From positions 2,464,001-2,528,000 of the forward strand of contig OZ244960.1 of assembly GCA_965222605.1 (NCBI GenBank): a stretch of 64,000 nucleotides of DNA, written 5' to 3'. The stretch's first letter is position 1. The number at the start of each line of letters is the position of its first letter. The notes under the pieces were generated by a model, which saw nothing but the letters and a program-made list of their open reading frames with translations, was not told the DNA's origin and did not search any database. The translations under genes were made by a program, and so were the position numbers. Shown here in pieces: positions 1 to 9,842 of this stretch. This DNA is from Candidatus Latescibacterota bacterium. Lineage in GTDB: Bacteria; Latescibacterota; UBA2968.

Positions 1-1161
1 ACCAATCAGGGGCATGAGACATCCCTATCGTTTTTAGGCGGGGGTGCTTACGATCATTTTTCGCCAAGTGTCGTCGATGCAATGATTTCACGAGGCGAAT
101 TTTTTACAGCCTACACGCCCTATCAGCCCGAGGTGAGCCAGGGAACCCTTCGGGCTATTTTTGAATTTCAGTCCATGATCTGTGAACTGACCAACATGGA
201 AGTCGCCAATGCCTCCATGTACGACGGGGCTTCTGCACTGGCCGAAGCCGTGCTCATGTCGGTCCGTCTGAACAACAGAACGCGCGTTTTGTTGCCGCGC
301 AGCCTGCATCCATTTTACCGCCAGGTAGTGGCGACTTATGTGCGGGGGATAGATCTGGAACTCGTGGATATTCCCTGGTCTGACTCCGGCGCATTGGATA
401 TCGCCGCTTTGAAGCGCGAATTGACCGACAATACCGCAGCCGTGGTCGTACAAAATCCAAATTTTTTAGGTGTGCTCGAGTCCTTAGACGAAATTGGCGA
501 CCTGGTCAACAATACCAAAACGGCTTTTGTGGCCTGCGTCAACCCCATGTCCCTGAGCGCGATTCGCCCACCGGGCGACTTCGGCGCCGATATAGTCATA
601 GGCGACGGACAGCCATTGGGTCTGCCCCTGTCTTATGGCGGACCTTATGTCGGCTTTTTCGCATCGCGGGAAGCCCATGTGCGAAAAATGCCCGGTCGTA
701 TCTGCGGCCAAACCACCGATGTAGATGACAAACGCGGTTTTGTACTGACATTGCAAACGCGCGAGCAACACATTCGACGCGAACGCGCCACATCGAATAT
801 TTGCACCAACCAGACCCTTTGCGCAACCGCAACCACCGTGTACCTATCCTCGGTCGGACCACAGGGCTTCCGCGAAGTTGGCGAATTGAACTGGCACCAA
901 AGCCATCGCGCTTTGCAGGCATTGACCGCATTAGACGGTGTGCGCCAGACATTCTCCGGTCCAATATTTAACGAATTTGTTCTGGAAACGGACCGCAAAG
1001 CATCGGATATCCTGACCGCTTTGCGGCATCGGGGTATCGAAGCCGGCATTGACCTGGGCCGATTTTACCCCACACTCGAAAATTGTATTCTGACGTGCGT
1101 CACGGAAAAACGCACAGACACCGATATTGATCGCCTGATCGATGCGTGGAGGACATTGTAA
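1..1161 (+). CDS. gcvPA: Glycine dehydrogenase (decarboxylating) subunit 1, 5'-truncated by the window edge
   Basis: Frame is open from base 1 ([10 protein letters not shown]). Motifs [39 protein letters not shown]. Confidence 0.96.
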   Translation, partial: TNQGHETSLSFLGGGAYDHFSPSVVDAMISRGEFFTAYTPYQPEVSQGTLRAIFEFQSMICELTNMEVANASMYDGASALAEAVLMSVRLNNRTRVLLPRSLHPFYRQVVATYVRGIDLELVDIPWSDSGALDIAALKRELTDNTAAVVVQNPNFLGVLESLDEIGDLVNNTKTAFVACVNPMSLSAIRPPGDFGADIVIGDGQPLGLPLSYGGPYVGFFASREAHVRKMPGRICGQTTDVDDKRGFVLTLQTREQHIRRERATSNICTNQTLCATATTVYLSSVGPQGFREVGELNWHQSHRALQALTALDGVRQTFSGPIFNEFVLETDRKASDILTALRHRGIEAGIDLGRFYPTLENCILTCVTEKRTDTDIDRLIDAWRTL

Positions 1162-2618
1162 TGGATCGCGATAAGTTGATTTTTGAACGCGGCGCGCCAG
1201 ACAGGCGCTGTGTCGCATTTCCCGCTGCGGTAGATTCAGGAACAGAAATACCCGAAACCATGCGCCGCGATGTGCCACCAAATCTCCCCGAAGTGAGCGA
1301 ACTGGAACTCGTGCGCCACTACACCGCGCTTTCACAGATGAATTTCAGCATTGATACGCATTTTTATCCTCTGGGGTCCTGTACCATGAAATACAATCCC
1401 AGAGTACATGAGAAAGCTGCGCGCATTCCGCAGATCGCGGGATTGCATCCCCTATCTGAAAACACCCAACCCGCCCTGCAAGTCATCTGGGAAATGGAGC
1501 AAGTGCTCAAAGCCGTCAGCGGAATGGATGGATTTACCTTTCAACCCACAGCCGGGGCACAGGGCGAATTTGTGGGAATTTCACTGATCGCCGCCTATCA
1601 CAGGGCAAAGGGCAATGCCAAAAAAGTGGTGCTAATCCCCGACTCAGCACATGGAACTAATCCGGCAACAGCGGCAATCTGCGGATATGCGGTACAGGCA
1701 ATTAAGTCAACAGAACGCGGCACAGTTGACGTAGAAGATCTCAAGGCGCATTTGACCGAAGACGTAGCCGGTTTGATGCTGACCAATCCCAACACATTTG
1801 GCGTGTTTGAAGACGAGATTGAAGACATCGCCGCGTTAGTACACGACGCGGGTGGTCTCTTGTATTACGATGGCGCGAACTTAAACGCCTTTCTGGGCCA
1901 GTGTCGCCCCGGCGACATGGGCTTTGACGTCGTACACATCAACTTGCACAAAACATTTACCACCCCTCACGGAGGCGGGGGACCGGGTTCTGGTCCGGTA
2001 GGCGTAAAAAAAGCACTCTTGCCATTTCTGCCCCTGCCTGTAGTCGCAAAAGAGGATGATACATTTAAGCTCGATTTTGATCGCCCGGAGTCCATCGGCA
2101 AAGTGAGTTCATTCTACGGGAATTTTGGCATGGTAATACGCGCACTGGTCTATGCCAAAATGCTCGGTGCAGAAGGCATGCGCCGCACCAGTGAAATGGC
2201 CGTTTTGAATGCCAATTATATCGCGGCAAAACTCGACCCCCACTACGACCGCCCGAAAAATGCACAACCCATGCACGAAATGGTATTCTCGGCATCGCGA
2301 CAAAAAAAGACGAACGGGATCACCGCAACCGATATCGCCAAACGCTTGATCGATTACGGCGTCCATCCGCCCACGATTTACTTTCCCCTGCCCAATGTCG
2401 CGCCCGAAACCATGCTAATCGAACCGACCGAGACCGAAAGTCTCGAACAGGTCAATGATTTTGTCGAAGCCATGATTCAGATCGCAAAAGAAGCCAAAGA
2501 AAATCCCGGCTTACTCAAAGAAGCCCCCCACGCAACACCCGTGCGAAGATTGGACGAAGCAACCGCCGCACGCAAACCCATCCTGCGCTGGAGTGCTTCT
2601 CAACTCGCTCATGAGTAA
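1161..2618 (+). CDS. gcvPB: Glycine dehydrogenase (decarboxylating) subunit 2
   Basis: YPLGSCTMKYNP, SAHGTNPATA, PLP-lysine motif HINLHKTFTTPHGGGGPG. ATG overlaps the gcvPA stop (TAATG), with GGAGG upstream. Confidence 0.96.
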   Translation: MDRDKLIFERGAPDRRCVAFPAAVDSGTEIPETMRRDVPPNLPEVSELELVRHYTALSQMNFSIDTHFYPLGSCTMKYNPRVHEKAARIPQIAGLHPLSENTQPALQVIWEMEQVLKAVSGMDGFTFQPTAGAQGEFVGISLIAAYHRAKGNAKKVVLIPDSAHGTNPATAAICGYAVQAIKSTERGTVDVEDLKAHLTEDVAGLMLTNPNTFGVFEDEIEDIAALVHDAGGLLYYDGANLNAFLGQCRPGDMGFDVVHINLHKTFTTPHGGGGPGSGPVGVKKALLPFLPLPVVAKEDDTFKLDFDRPESIGKVSSFYGNFGMVIRALVYAKMLGAEGMRRTSEMAVLNANYIAAKLDPHYDRPKNAQPMHEMVFSASRQKKTNGITATDIAKRLIDYGVHPPTIYFPLPNVAPETMLIEPTETESLEQVNDFVEAMIQIAKEAKENPGLLKEAPHATPVRRLDEATAARKPILRWSASQLAHE

Positions 2619-2644
2619 CACCACACCAAAAGGGAGGTCCTATC

Positions 2645-3463
2645 ATGCCCTTCCAATTAACAGAAAAACACATCGCCGATTACCACACCTTCGGCTACAC
2701 GATTTTCCAGGACATCATACCCACATCCTTACTCACGGACCTTCGCCGCGTCGCCGACAAAGCGAGAGAAATTACGCGCAAAGTCACCGGCCCACAGGCG
2801 CAGCGTCTTCAGCCCATAGCCAAATACGACCTCGACCAGCAACCCTTCAAAGACTACGGTGCGTTGCCAGGACTCAACGACGCCATCCATCAAGTCCTCA
2901 CCCCACATCACTACCACGCCGACCTCGACCGCACCGGCATCCTGCTCGAACCCGCCGAATACCCCTGGTGTACGGACTGGCACCGCGACTGGCGCGATCA
3001 CATGCCGCAAGAAGTATTTGAATCCGAATTTCGCGAAGAATGGCAATGGCAATCATTCCACATCGGCTACCAGAACCAGATCAATTGCGCCTTATACGAA
3101 GACCCCTCCACATGGATCGTGCCCGGCAGCCACTATCGCCAGCGCAATCTCCCTGGCGAAATCGCTGCCAAAAACGCTTATGACCGCGACAAATTCCGCA
3201 ATCAGAGACCGGTATCCAACGAACAACAAGAGCGCGACTGCCTCAACTACACGCGCAACATGCCCGGCGCTGTTCAACTGCGCCTCAACGCGGGCGACTT
3301 CGCCCTCTACCGCGCCAGTGCCTGGCACATTGGCAATTACGTGCCCTATCGCAAACGCGCCACCATCCACGACTTCTGCGGCACACCTGAATATTCACAA
3401 CACATTAACGAACGTGTTGAAAGAAGAGAAACAGCCATCAAACGCCTCGCATCTGCGACATGA
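2645..3463 (+). CDS. Phytanoyl-CoA dioxygenase (PhyH)-family Fe(II)/2OG oxygenase
   Basis: N-terminal LTEKHIADYHTFGY, WHRD (HxD), IVPGSH, distal His (WHIG). GGGAGG RBS. Confidence 0.82.
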   Translation: MPFQLTEKHIADYHTFGYTIFQDIIPTSLLTDLRRVADKAREITRKVTGPQAQRLQPIAKYDLDQQPFKDYGALPGLNDAIHQVLTPHHYHADLDRTGILLEPAEYPWCTDWHRDWRDHMPQEVFESEFREEWQWQSFHIGYQNQINCALYEDPSTWIVPGSHYRQRNLPGEIAAKNAYDRDKFRNQRPVSNEQQERDCLNYTRNMPGAVQLRLNAGDFALYRASAWHIGNYVPYRKRATIHDFCGTPEYSQHINERVERRETAIKRLASAT

Positions 3464-3569
3464 TCATTTCCGACGTTATTGGCCGCAGCACATAACTATT
3501 GTCTCTAAATTTTACTATTCGTAAATTTAGCAACAATTATACAAATCCTACACTTTCAGGAGCCACGCT

Positions 3570-4340
3570 ATGCAACTCACACCCGAACAAATACGCGAAT
3601 TTTACGACCGCGGTTACGTCAAAATTCCCGGAGCCATATCAAAAGCCATGGTCGATACCGCGCGTCAGGCCGTCAACCACTCAATCGGCACCCTGGGGCC
3701 AAATGGCGAAGACATGTCCAAACATCGCGCGGCGCAATTTTGCCGCGACTTAAATGGCAGCTCCGTAATAATGGACCTGTTCAACGCCAGCCCGGTCGTC
3801 TCCCTCGCCGAATCTCTCATGGGAGAGGGCAATTTGCAAAAACCCATCAGAGGCGCGCAGGTCGCCCCGCGGTTTCCCACAGTAATCGGCGACGTCCCAC
3901 CCGAACCGCGTGGCCATCTCGACGGCATGGGCACCGGCACAAATGGCATGCCAAAAGGCGTATACCGCCGCGGATTCACCTGCTTTGCCGTCATCTATCT
4001 GGCCGATGTACCCGAACCCTACAGCGGCAACTTCACCGTCTGGCCGGGTTCTCATCGCTTCTTTGAAAACTACTTCAACCGCGAGGGCCTCGAAATACTC
4101 GCCAACGGCACCCCGCGTATCGACCTGCCCGAAGGACCCGACATGGTCACCGGAAACGCCGGCGACTTCATTATCGCACACCATCAGATGATCCACACCG
4201 GTGGCCCCAATGCCTCGCCCAACATACGCTACGCCGCCATCGCGCGCCTCCGCCACATTGACTGCGACAAAAATGGCAACGACGGCTTCCTGGACATCTG
4301 GCGCGAATTTCCCTGCGTGCGCGAAGCCGTAGCAGCTTAA
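3570..4340 (+). CDS. PhyH-family dioxygenase
   Basis: LTPEQIREFYDRGYV, HLD, GNFTVWPGSH, AGDFIIAHHQMIH. AGGAG RBS. Confidence 0.85.
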   Translation: MQLTPEQIREFYDRGYVKIPGAISKAMVDTARQAVNHSIGTLGPNGEDMSKHRAAQFCRDLNGSSVIMDLFNASPVVSLAESLMGEGNLQKPIRGAQVAPRFPTVIGDVPPEPRGHLDGMGTGTNGMPKGVYRRGFTCFAVIYLADVPEPYSGNFTVWPGSHRFFENYFNREGLEILANGTPRIDLPEGPDMVTGNAGDFIIAHHQMIHTGGPNASPNIRYAAIARLRHIDCDKNGNDGFLDIWREFPCVREAVAA

Positions 4341-4350
4341 AGTCAAAGGC

Positions 4351-4380
4351 AACCACCGATGAACACCGATAAACACAGAT
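4351..4380 (+). repeat. Intergenic triple 10-mer repeat element, copy 1
   Basis: AACCACCGAT-GAACACCGAT-AAACACAGAT. Related copies at 22973 and 36811 (the latter inverted). Confidence 0.8.
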
Positions 4381-4454
4381 AAAAGGCAAGAGGCGAGAGA
4401 GCCATCCCAGTCTCAAAATCAGTGGCCAGTTGTGACAACTAACAGAGGTTTACC

Positions 4455-5225
4455 ATGTCTATGACCATTACTGACGCACAAAAACGCCAATTCGCCGAAG
4501 AAGGCTATCTCAAAATCCCAGGGGCTGTACCCAAAAGCATGATCGAAACATCCCTCCGCGCCGTCAACTATTCCATCGGCAACATCGGCATTGGCGGCGA
4601 AGATCCCTCCAGAAATCGCTCCGGATTCTTTTGCGCCGAACTCCTCGACGCGCCCTTCATCCTCGACATGTACAACAAAACCCCAGTTATGCACATTGCC
4701 GAATCGCTCATGGGCAAAGGCAACGTACTCCCCGTTGAACGCGCCAAAACCTATCCGCGCTTTCCTCTGCCCCTCGGCCAGGAACCATCGCCACCGCGCG
4801 GACACATCGACGGCATTGGCAGCGGCACCAACGGCACGGCCAAAGGAGACTACAAACGCTCATTTACGGCCTTCGCCGTCGTCTATCTCGTCGATGTATC
4901 CGAACCCTACAGCGGCAACTTCACCGTCTGGCCCCAATCCCATCGCTTCTTTGCCAACTATTTCACAGAACACGGCCACGAAGTACTCGCCAACGGCATG
5001 CCCCGGCCCAACCTGCCCCAAGACCCCATAATGATCACCGGCAACGCGGGCGACCTCATCCTCGCGCATCACCAGGTCGTTCACGGAGCCTGTCTCAACG
5101 CATCGCCCAACGTGCGCCTCGCCACCATCACCCGCCTCAAGCACAAACATGCCGATAAAATCGGCAAAGACGCCTACACAGACATCTGGCGTGAATGGTC
5201 CGGTGTGCGGGATGTCCTGCGGTAG
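4455..5225 (+). CDS. PhyH-family dioxygenase, tandem paralogue of 3570..4340
   Basis: Same length (256 aa) and colinear with the upstream gene. HID, GNFTVWPQSH, HHQVVH. Confidence 0.85.
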   Translation: MSMTITDAQKRQFAEEGYLKIPGAVPKSMIETSLRAVNYSIGNIGIGGEDPSRNRSGFFCAELLDAPFILDMYNKTPVMHIAESLMGKGNVLPVERAKTYPRFPLPLGQEPSPPRGHIDGIGSGTNGTAKGDYKRSFTAFAVVYLVDVSEPYSGNFTVWPQSHRFFANYFTEHGHEVLANGMPRPNLPQDPIMITGNAGDLILAHHQVVHGACLNASPNVRLATITRLKHKHADKIGKDAYTDIWREWSGVRDVLR

Positions 5226-5239
5226 GACAGTATGCCCAT

Positions 5240-6568
5240 CTAAAACTCCCGCCACCAGTACGGATTGGACATCTCTCCCGGATAGGTAGAATGAACCAAT
5301 TCGTAAAATCCCGTACCTCGCCGATCCCTAAATACAAATTCGTAGCGCCGATGGGTCTCGTAAAACCACACCTCCGACGGTTTCTGACCCGCAGCAGAAG
5401 TCCGGTAATCAATATCATCGGGCGGCCCATATCGGATATAAACCCGTCCCCGGTCCGTATCCGATCCCCGCTGCCGTTTGCCAGCCCCAAAATGCGTCTC
5501 CACATAATGCACACGCATCAAATGCTGAAGCAGGCGCTCGTTGGTCGGCGTATCGGGCGCGTCGTCCAACTGCTTCCAGAAAACCTTCAAAAACGCCAGC
5601 CTGGCAGGCCAACTCTCCAGCGCGTCATAAGTCCGCCGCGTCTTCTCATCGGCGACATACCGGATATCTGCATAATACCCGATCAAATCCTTCTGCACCT
5701 GAGTAAGCCCCTCGGGCAAATCTTTTGAAACCAAAAAAATGGGCCGTCTCGTCTGAAAATACTGCCGACTGCTCCCGTCAAACGCCTCCACCTGAAGATC
5801 ATAAGTCCCCTCCCGCAAACCCTCTGTATCCAGAACTTCCGCCCTCACACAACTCTCCCCCGGCTTTAAGAACCGCTTAGCCGGATAAGTGCGCACAACC
5901 ATCCCCTCCGCATCGATCAGACGATACCCCATAATAAAACTCTCTCCCGACGACGACAGATTATACACCTCAAAATAAATCTGCAGCGGCTCTCCGATAA
6001 CATAATTTCGGGTAATATTCGGCACGACCTTCCAGCCCTGCTTGACAAACCGATGGACTTCCCCGCTTCGCGCCACACTAAAAGCCAATTGCAAATCGCT
6101 AAACACCAGCCCCACACGCTCATAATCCGGTATCTGAAGCGGCGCAGTACAACGCCCACTTTTCTCCGCGTGGATATCCTTGATCTGCACAACCAGCCGA
6201 TAATCACCCGGCTTCAGATCAAAATAAACAGCATCCTTAAAAGGCGCCCCGATCCCCACATCCAACTCTGGAACAGCGACCTGCTGCACCCATGTCCGAT
6301 GCGCCACCCGATTGCCCAGCGTATCCAGCACAACAGCGACCAGAGAAATTTTCCCAACAGCCTTGCCCTCCTGTTCCCGAAGCTCGAGTTGACTCGCATC
6401 CAGCAGCAAAGCCACCTCCTGACGGGTATATCCCTCAGGACCCCGAAAAGCCGACAAATCGACAAAAAAACGCAGGTTGCCCGTACTCGTCAAAGGCAAA
6501 TCCTGCGCTTCCAAGCCACCCGTATGCGACCAGATGAGCAGCACCGCGATACAACGTATCCATCTCAT
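5240..6568 (-). CDS. Secreted GWxTD-domain protein
   Basis: Signal peptide. FWKQLD..PDTPTNE and GSDTDRGRVYIRYGPPD (GWxTDRG-like), EVWFY. Confidence 0.8.
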   Translation of the reverse strand: MRWIRCIAVLLIWSHTGGLEAQDLPLTSTGNLRFFVDLSAFRGPEGYTRQEVALLLDASQLELREQEGKAVGKISLVAVVLDTLGNRVAHRTWVQQVAVPELDVGIGAPFKDAVYFDLKPGDYRLVVQIKDIHAEKSGRCTAPLQIPDYERVGLVFSDLQLAFSVARSGEVHRFVKQGWKVVPNITRNYVIGEPLQIYFEVYNLSSSGESFIMGYRLIDAEGMVVRTYPAKRFLKPGESCVRAEVLDTEGLREGTYDLQVEAFDGSSRQYFQTRRPIFLVSKDLPEGLTQVQKDLIGYYADIRYVADEKTRRTYDALESWPARLAFLKVFWKQLDDAPDTPTNERLLQHLMRVHYVETHFGAGKRQRGSDTDRGRVYIRYGPPDDIDYRTSAAGQKPSEVWFYETHRRYEFVFRDRRGTGFYELVHSTYPGEMSNPYWWREF

Positions 6569-6592
6569 GGCGTATCTTTCACAATTAAGAAA

Positions 6593-7426
6593 TTATACGT
6601 CCTCCATCAACCGCAGCCAATCCTCATGACCGCTTGCCACCCGATCCGGGTCTATCTCACTTCTCGCAACAAAGCCGGGCACATCCTCGCGCCCGGTTGG
6701 CAACCTGTAATCGCTATATCGAATATCCAGACTCCAGCGAATATGATCGGACCGATTGGGAAATGAGCGATGTAGTGTCTTATGCTGAACCAGCGCGGCA
6801 CCCCCGGCTGGCAGCACGGACAAAATGCGGTCACCCGGCGGTAGCCGATCCTCGGGAATTTCCTTCTCTGAATCCGCCGGATCGTGTGGAATAATACCGT
6901 GCTTGTGACTCCCCGCCAAAATCTCCAAACAGCCATTTTTCACATCGGTATCCACCAGCGGCACCCAGAAATTGATCATAAACGTCTTCTCCACATCCGG
7001 ATCCAGAAACGCGATATCCTGATGCCACAACACCTCTGCTTCGCCGGGCATCTTTGCGCGAATATTAAACTGCGGATGCACCAGAATTTCCGGCCCAATA
7101 ATCGACTCCACCACATTTAGAATAGCCGGATGTGTCAGCAAAAAAAACAACCCTGCAGTCTTGTGACCCTTGCCCAAAATCTCAGCTACAAAACGCTTAT
7201 CCGTCCCCAGAGCCTCGCACAAATACGCCAATCGCCGCTCAAAAGGCGCATCTTCAAAAAGACTCTCCAATTGACCCAGAGCATAAGCTTCTCTCGCCTT
7301 TTGTTCAATCACTCCATTAAACTCATCTACAAGTGGCTGATACGCCTCTGGGGGCAAACATTCGTCCAGCAACAAATACCCCTCATCCTTGTAAAAAGCA
7401 ATCTGATCAACAGTCAAACCGTCCAT
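6593..7426 (-). CDS. PhyH-family dioxygenase
   Basis: LTVDQIAFYKDEGYL, WHQD, NGCLEILAGSH, LHRSFPNRSDHIRWSLDIRY. Confidence 0.9.
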   Translation of the reverse strand: MDGLTVDQIAFYKDEGYLLLDECLPPEAYQPLVDEFNGVIEQKAREAYALGQLESLFEDAPFERRLAYLCEALGTDKRFVAEILGKGHKTAGLFFLLTHPAILNVVESIIGPEILVHPQFNIRAKMPGEAEVLWHQDIAFLDPDVEKTFMINFWVPLVDTDVKNGCLEILAGSHKHGIIPHDPADSEKEIPEDRLPPGDRILSVLPAGGAALVQHKTLHRSFPNRSDHIRWSLDIRYSDYRLPTGREDVPGFVARSEIDPDRVASGHEDWLRLMEDV

Positions 7427-7443
7427 AATTTATCTCCTATTTC

Positions 7444-8220
7444 TTACCACACCTCGCAACCTCCAAACGGCATAGTCTCACCCGGAACATATCGCGGGCG
7501 CGCTGCATACACATTTGCAACATCGGGATCGGCTTTGCCGCGCACGAGGATATTTTCGTGACTTTCTCTATTCACCCATGTCGTCGTCGGAATATACCGC
7601 AAAGTGAGACCAACGCGCCACTGGTCCGATGTATTGGCATTGGAACCGTGGATAATATTCGGATTGTGGATCGAGACATCGCCCGCATCAAGCTCCAGAT
7701 CAACCGCTTCGGAATCGTCAATCTGATCGGGATGAATCCCCACGCCGAGCACGTATTTTTTCGGATCCAGATCAATGAGATCGCGGCGCTTGAGCAAATG
7801 CTTGTTCTGCGTCCCCGGCAACACCCGCATACAGCCATTTTCAACCGTCGATGGCGTCGTCCCCGCAACCCACAAAGTGGTCACTTCCATCGGCTCGAGG
7901 GGCCAGTAAGACCCGTCTTGATGCCACTGCACAGCCTGACCATCGCCCGGAGGTTTAGCAATATAATGTGCGGCAAACATCGCGACATTGGGGCCGAGAA
8001 ATTGTTCCGCAATATCCACAAGACGTTCATCCCCCACGAGCCGGTGCATAAATGGATCGCGGGCGAGCAAATTGTGATGCAAACGCTCTGGACGCACGCC
8101 GGGATTCCTCTCAATAAGCCAGTGGACGTGTTGCACCGTCTCTTCTGCAAGCGCCGCATCAATCGCCTTACGCGCGATAACATAGCCATTTTGATCGTAT
8201 TCACATCGCAAATTTTCCAT
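7444..8220 (-). CDS. PhyH-family dioxygenase (ectoine hydroxylase-like)
   Basis: WHQDGSYW, NGCMRVLPGT, IHGSNANTSDQWR. Start moved to ATG 8220 (MENLR) behind a GAGGG RBS, which removes the overlap with the sulfatase. Confidence 0.9.
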   Translation of the reverse strand: MENLRCEYDQNGYVIARKAIDAALAEETVQHVHWLIERNPGVRPERLHHNLLARDPFMHRLVGDERLVDIAEQFLGPNVAMFAAHYIAKPPGDGQAVQWHQDGSYWPLEPMEVTTLWVAGTTPSTVENGCMRVLPGTQNKHLLKRRDLIDLDPKKYVLGVGIHPDQIDDSEAVDLELDAGDVSIHNPNIIHGSNANTSDQWRVGLTLRYIPTTTWVNRESHENILVRGKADPDVANVYAARPRYVPGETMPFGGCEVW

Positions 8221-8224
8221 ACCC

Positions 8225-9682
8225 TCACCCCGACCTGATCTCTCGCAACCGATCCGCCATTCGCTCGGCAACATCGGGATGGATCGACGCCACATTCTCA
8301 ATCTGCCCGATATCGTCCGCAAGATAATAGAGTTGCGGAATTGGGGAATTACCAGTCTCAATATTCACATTGGTATTCACAGGCGGACCCTCGTGGGGCG
8401 GAATAAACACCCAATCTCCCTGCCGCAAAACGGTCTTTGCCTGAATACCCTCCAGAACAATCTCCGCGCGGCCCTCATCGCCTTGCCCCAGCAGAGCATC
8501 GAGAACATCCACGCTATCGGGACCCGCATCGGCATCCGGCGACACACCCGCAAGTACAGCAAAAGACGCGAGAAAATCGACCTGACTGACCAGCGCATCA
8601 GACTCCCCGGGATCCACGGCACCGGGCCAGGAAACAATAAAAGGCACGCGGGTACCCCCGTCGTACATACTGTATTTTCCCCCGCGCAACGGACCTGCTG
8701 GCCGGTGATCGCCACACAGCTCAACTGCCTCGTCGTAATAACCATCATTCAGCACTGGACCATTATCGCTGGAAAAAACCACAATAGTATCTTCCCTTAA
8801 TCCACACCGATCAAGCGCATCGAGCATCTCGCCAACACACCAATCCATCTCGGCAATCGCATCGCCGCGCGGCCCCAATCCAGTACTACCCACAAATCGG
8901 GGATGCGGCAACCGCGGAACGTGAGGCTGGTGAAAAGCGCAATACAGAAAAAAGGGATTATCTTTGTTTCTTTCGACAAATGATATGGCTTTTTCCAAAA
9001 ACACATCAGCCATATCTTCATCTACCCAAAGTGCTGCCTCGCCCCCTCTCATATACCCGATTCGACTCACGCCATTGACAATACTCATATCGTGCCCGTG
9101 GTGGAACTTCATCTTCAGCAACTCGGGATTGTCTTTCCCGGTCGGCAAGCCGGGAAACGGCTTATTTTTATTGTACTCGACCTCAATCGGATCAGACGGA
9201 TCGAGACCCACCACATCTCTGCCATCCAGATACACACATGGCACGCGATCATTGGTCGCAGCCATGATATAAGAATAGTCAAACCCAATATCCAGAGGTA
9301 TTAGCGGAAGAGGCGCATTCCAATTCTGATTCCCCTCACCAATACCCAGATGCCATTTGCCAACAACACCCGTTTTATAACCCGCCTGCTTGAGCACGGA
9401 AGGCAACGTAGAAGTATCGGGATCTATAATAAGCGGAGCATCACCGGGTAAAATATGCGCGCGTTCATTGCGCCAGGAATAAGACCCCGTAAGCAGGCTA
9501 TAGCGCGAAGGAGTACACGTCGCTGCCGTGGCATACCCGTGGTAAAATACGACACCCTCAGAAGCCAAACGGTCAATATTGGGCGTATCGAGTACTGTGG
9601 CACCGTAACAGCCAACATCTCCAAAACCGAGATCATCCGCATACATGACAACAATATTGGGATGCTTTGCCGAATCTGCCAT
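8225..9682 (-). CDS. Arylsulfatase (formylglycine-dependent S1 sulfatase), no evident signal peptide
   Basis: PNIVVMYADDLG, CTPSRYSLLTG, GKWHLG, SSDNG, LRGGKYS. Confidence 0.93.
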   Translation of the reverse strand: MADSAKHPNIVVMYADDLGFGDVGCYGATVLDTPNIDRLASEGVVFYHGYATAATCTPSRYSLLTGSYSWRNERAHILPGDAPLIIDPDTSTLPSVLKQAGYKTGVVGKWHLGIGEGNQNWNAPLPLIPLDIGFDYSYIMAATNDRVPCVYLDGRDVVGLDPSDPIEVEYNKNKPFPGLPTGKDNPELLKMKFHHGHDMSIVNGVSRIGYMRGGEAALWVDEDMADVFLEKAISFVERNKDNPFFLYCAFHQPHVPRLPHPRFVGSTGLGPRGDAIAEMDWCVGEMLDALDRCGLREDTIVVFSSDNGPVLNDGYYDEAVELCGDHRPAGPLRGGKYSMYDGGTRVPFIVSWPGAVDPGESDALVSQVDFLASFAVLAGVSPDADAGPDSVDVLDALLGQGDEGRAEIVLEGIQAKTVLRQGDWVFIPPHEGPPVNTNVNIETGNSPIPQLYYLADDIGQIENVASIHPDVAERMADRLREIRSG

Positions 9683-9842
9683 ATTTTGTTCTATCCTTTC
9701 TCATGTATGGTAATGAACTACTGGCGCAATTGTACCTCGTTGCGTACATTATTCACTCCGCTGCATAGTTCGCAATATAGGCTGTTATCCAAACCGCAAG
9801 CAAGCGGAAATACTTGCCACACTCATTGTGCAAGGAGAATAC

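Noticed and set aside
3499-3535. Imperfect AT-rich inverted repeat upstream of the second PhyH gene as an operator
   Set aside because: Bulged, low complexity and single copy; not distinguishable from chance.
4351-4380. Decamer repeats (and the 63243 direct repeat) as a CRISPR array
   Set aside because: Units are too short, there is no series of unique spacers, and no cas genes are present.
7444-8361. Longest-ORF starts from the track (also 36749, 37483, 57980, 59051 and others)
   Set aside because: They overlap neighbouring genes or repeats; downstream starts with clear RBSs were used instead.
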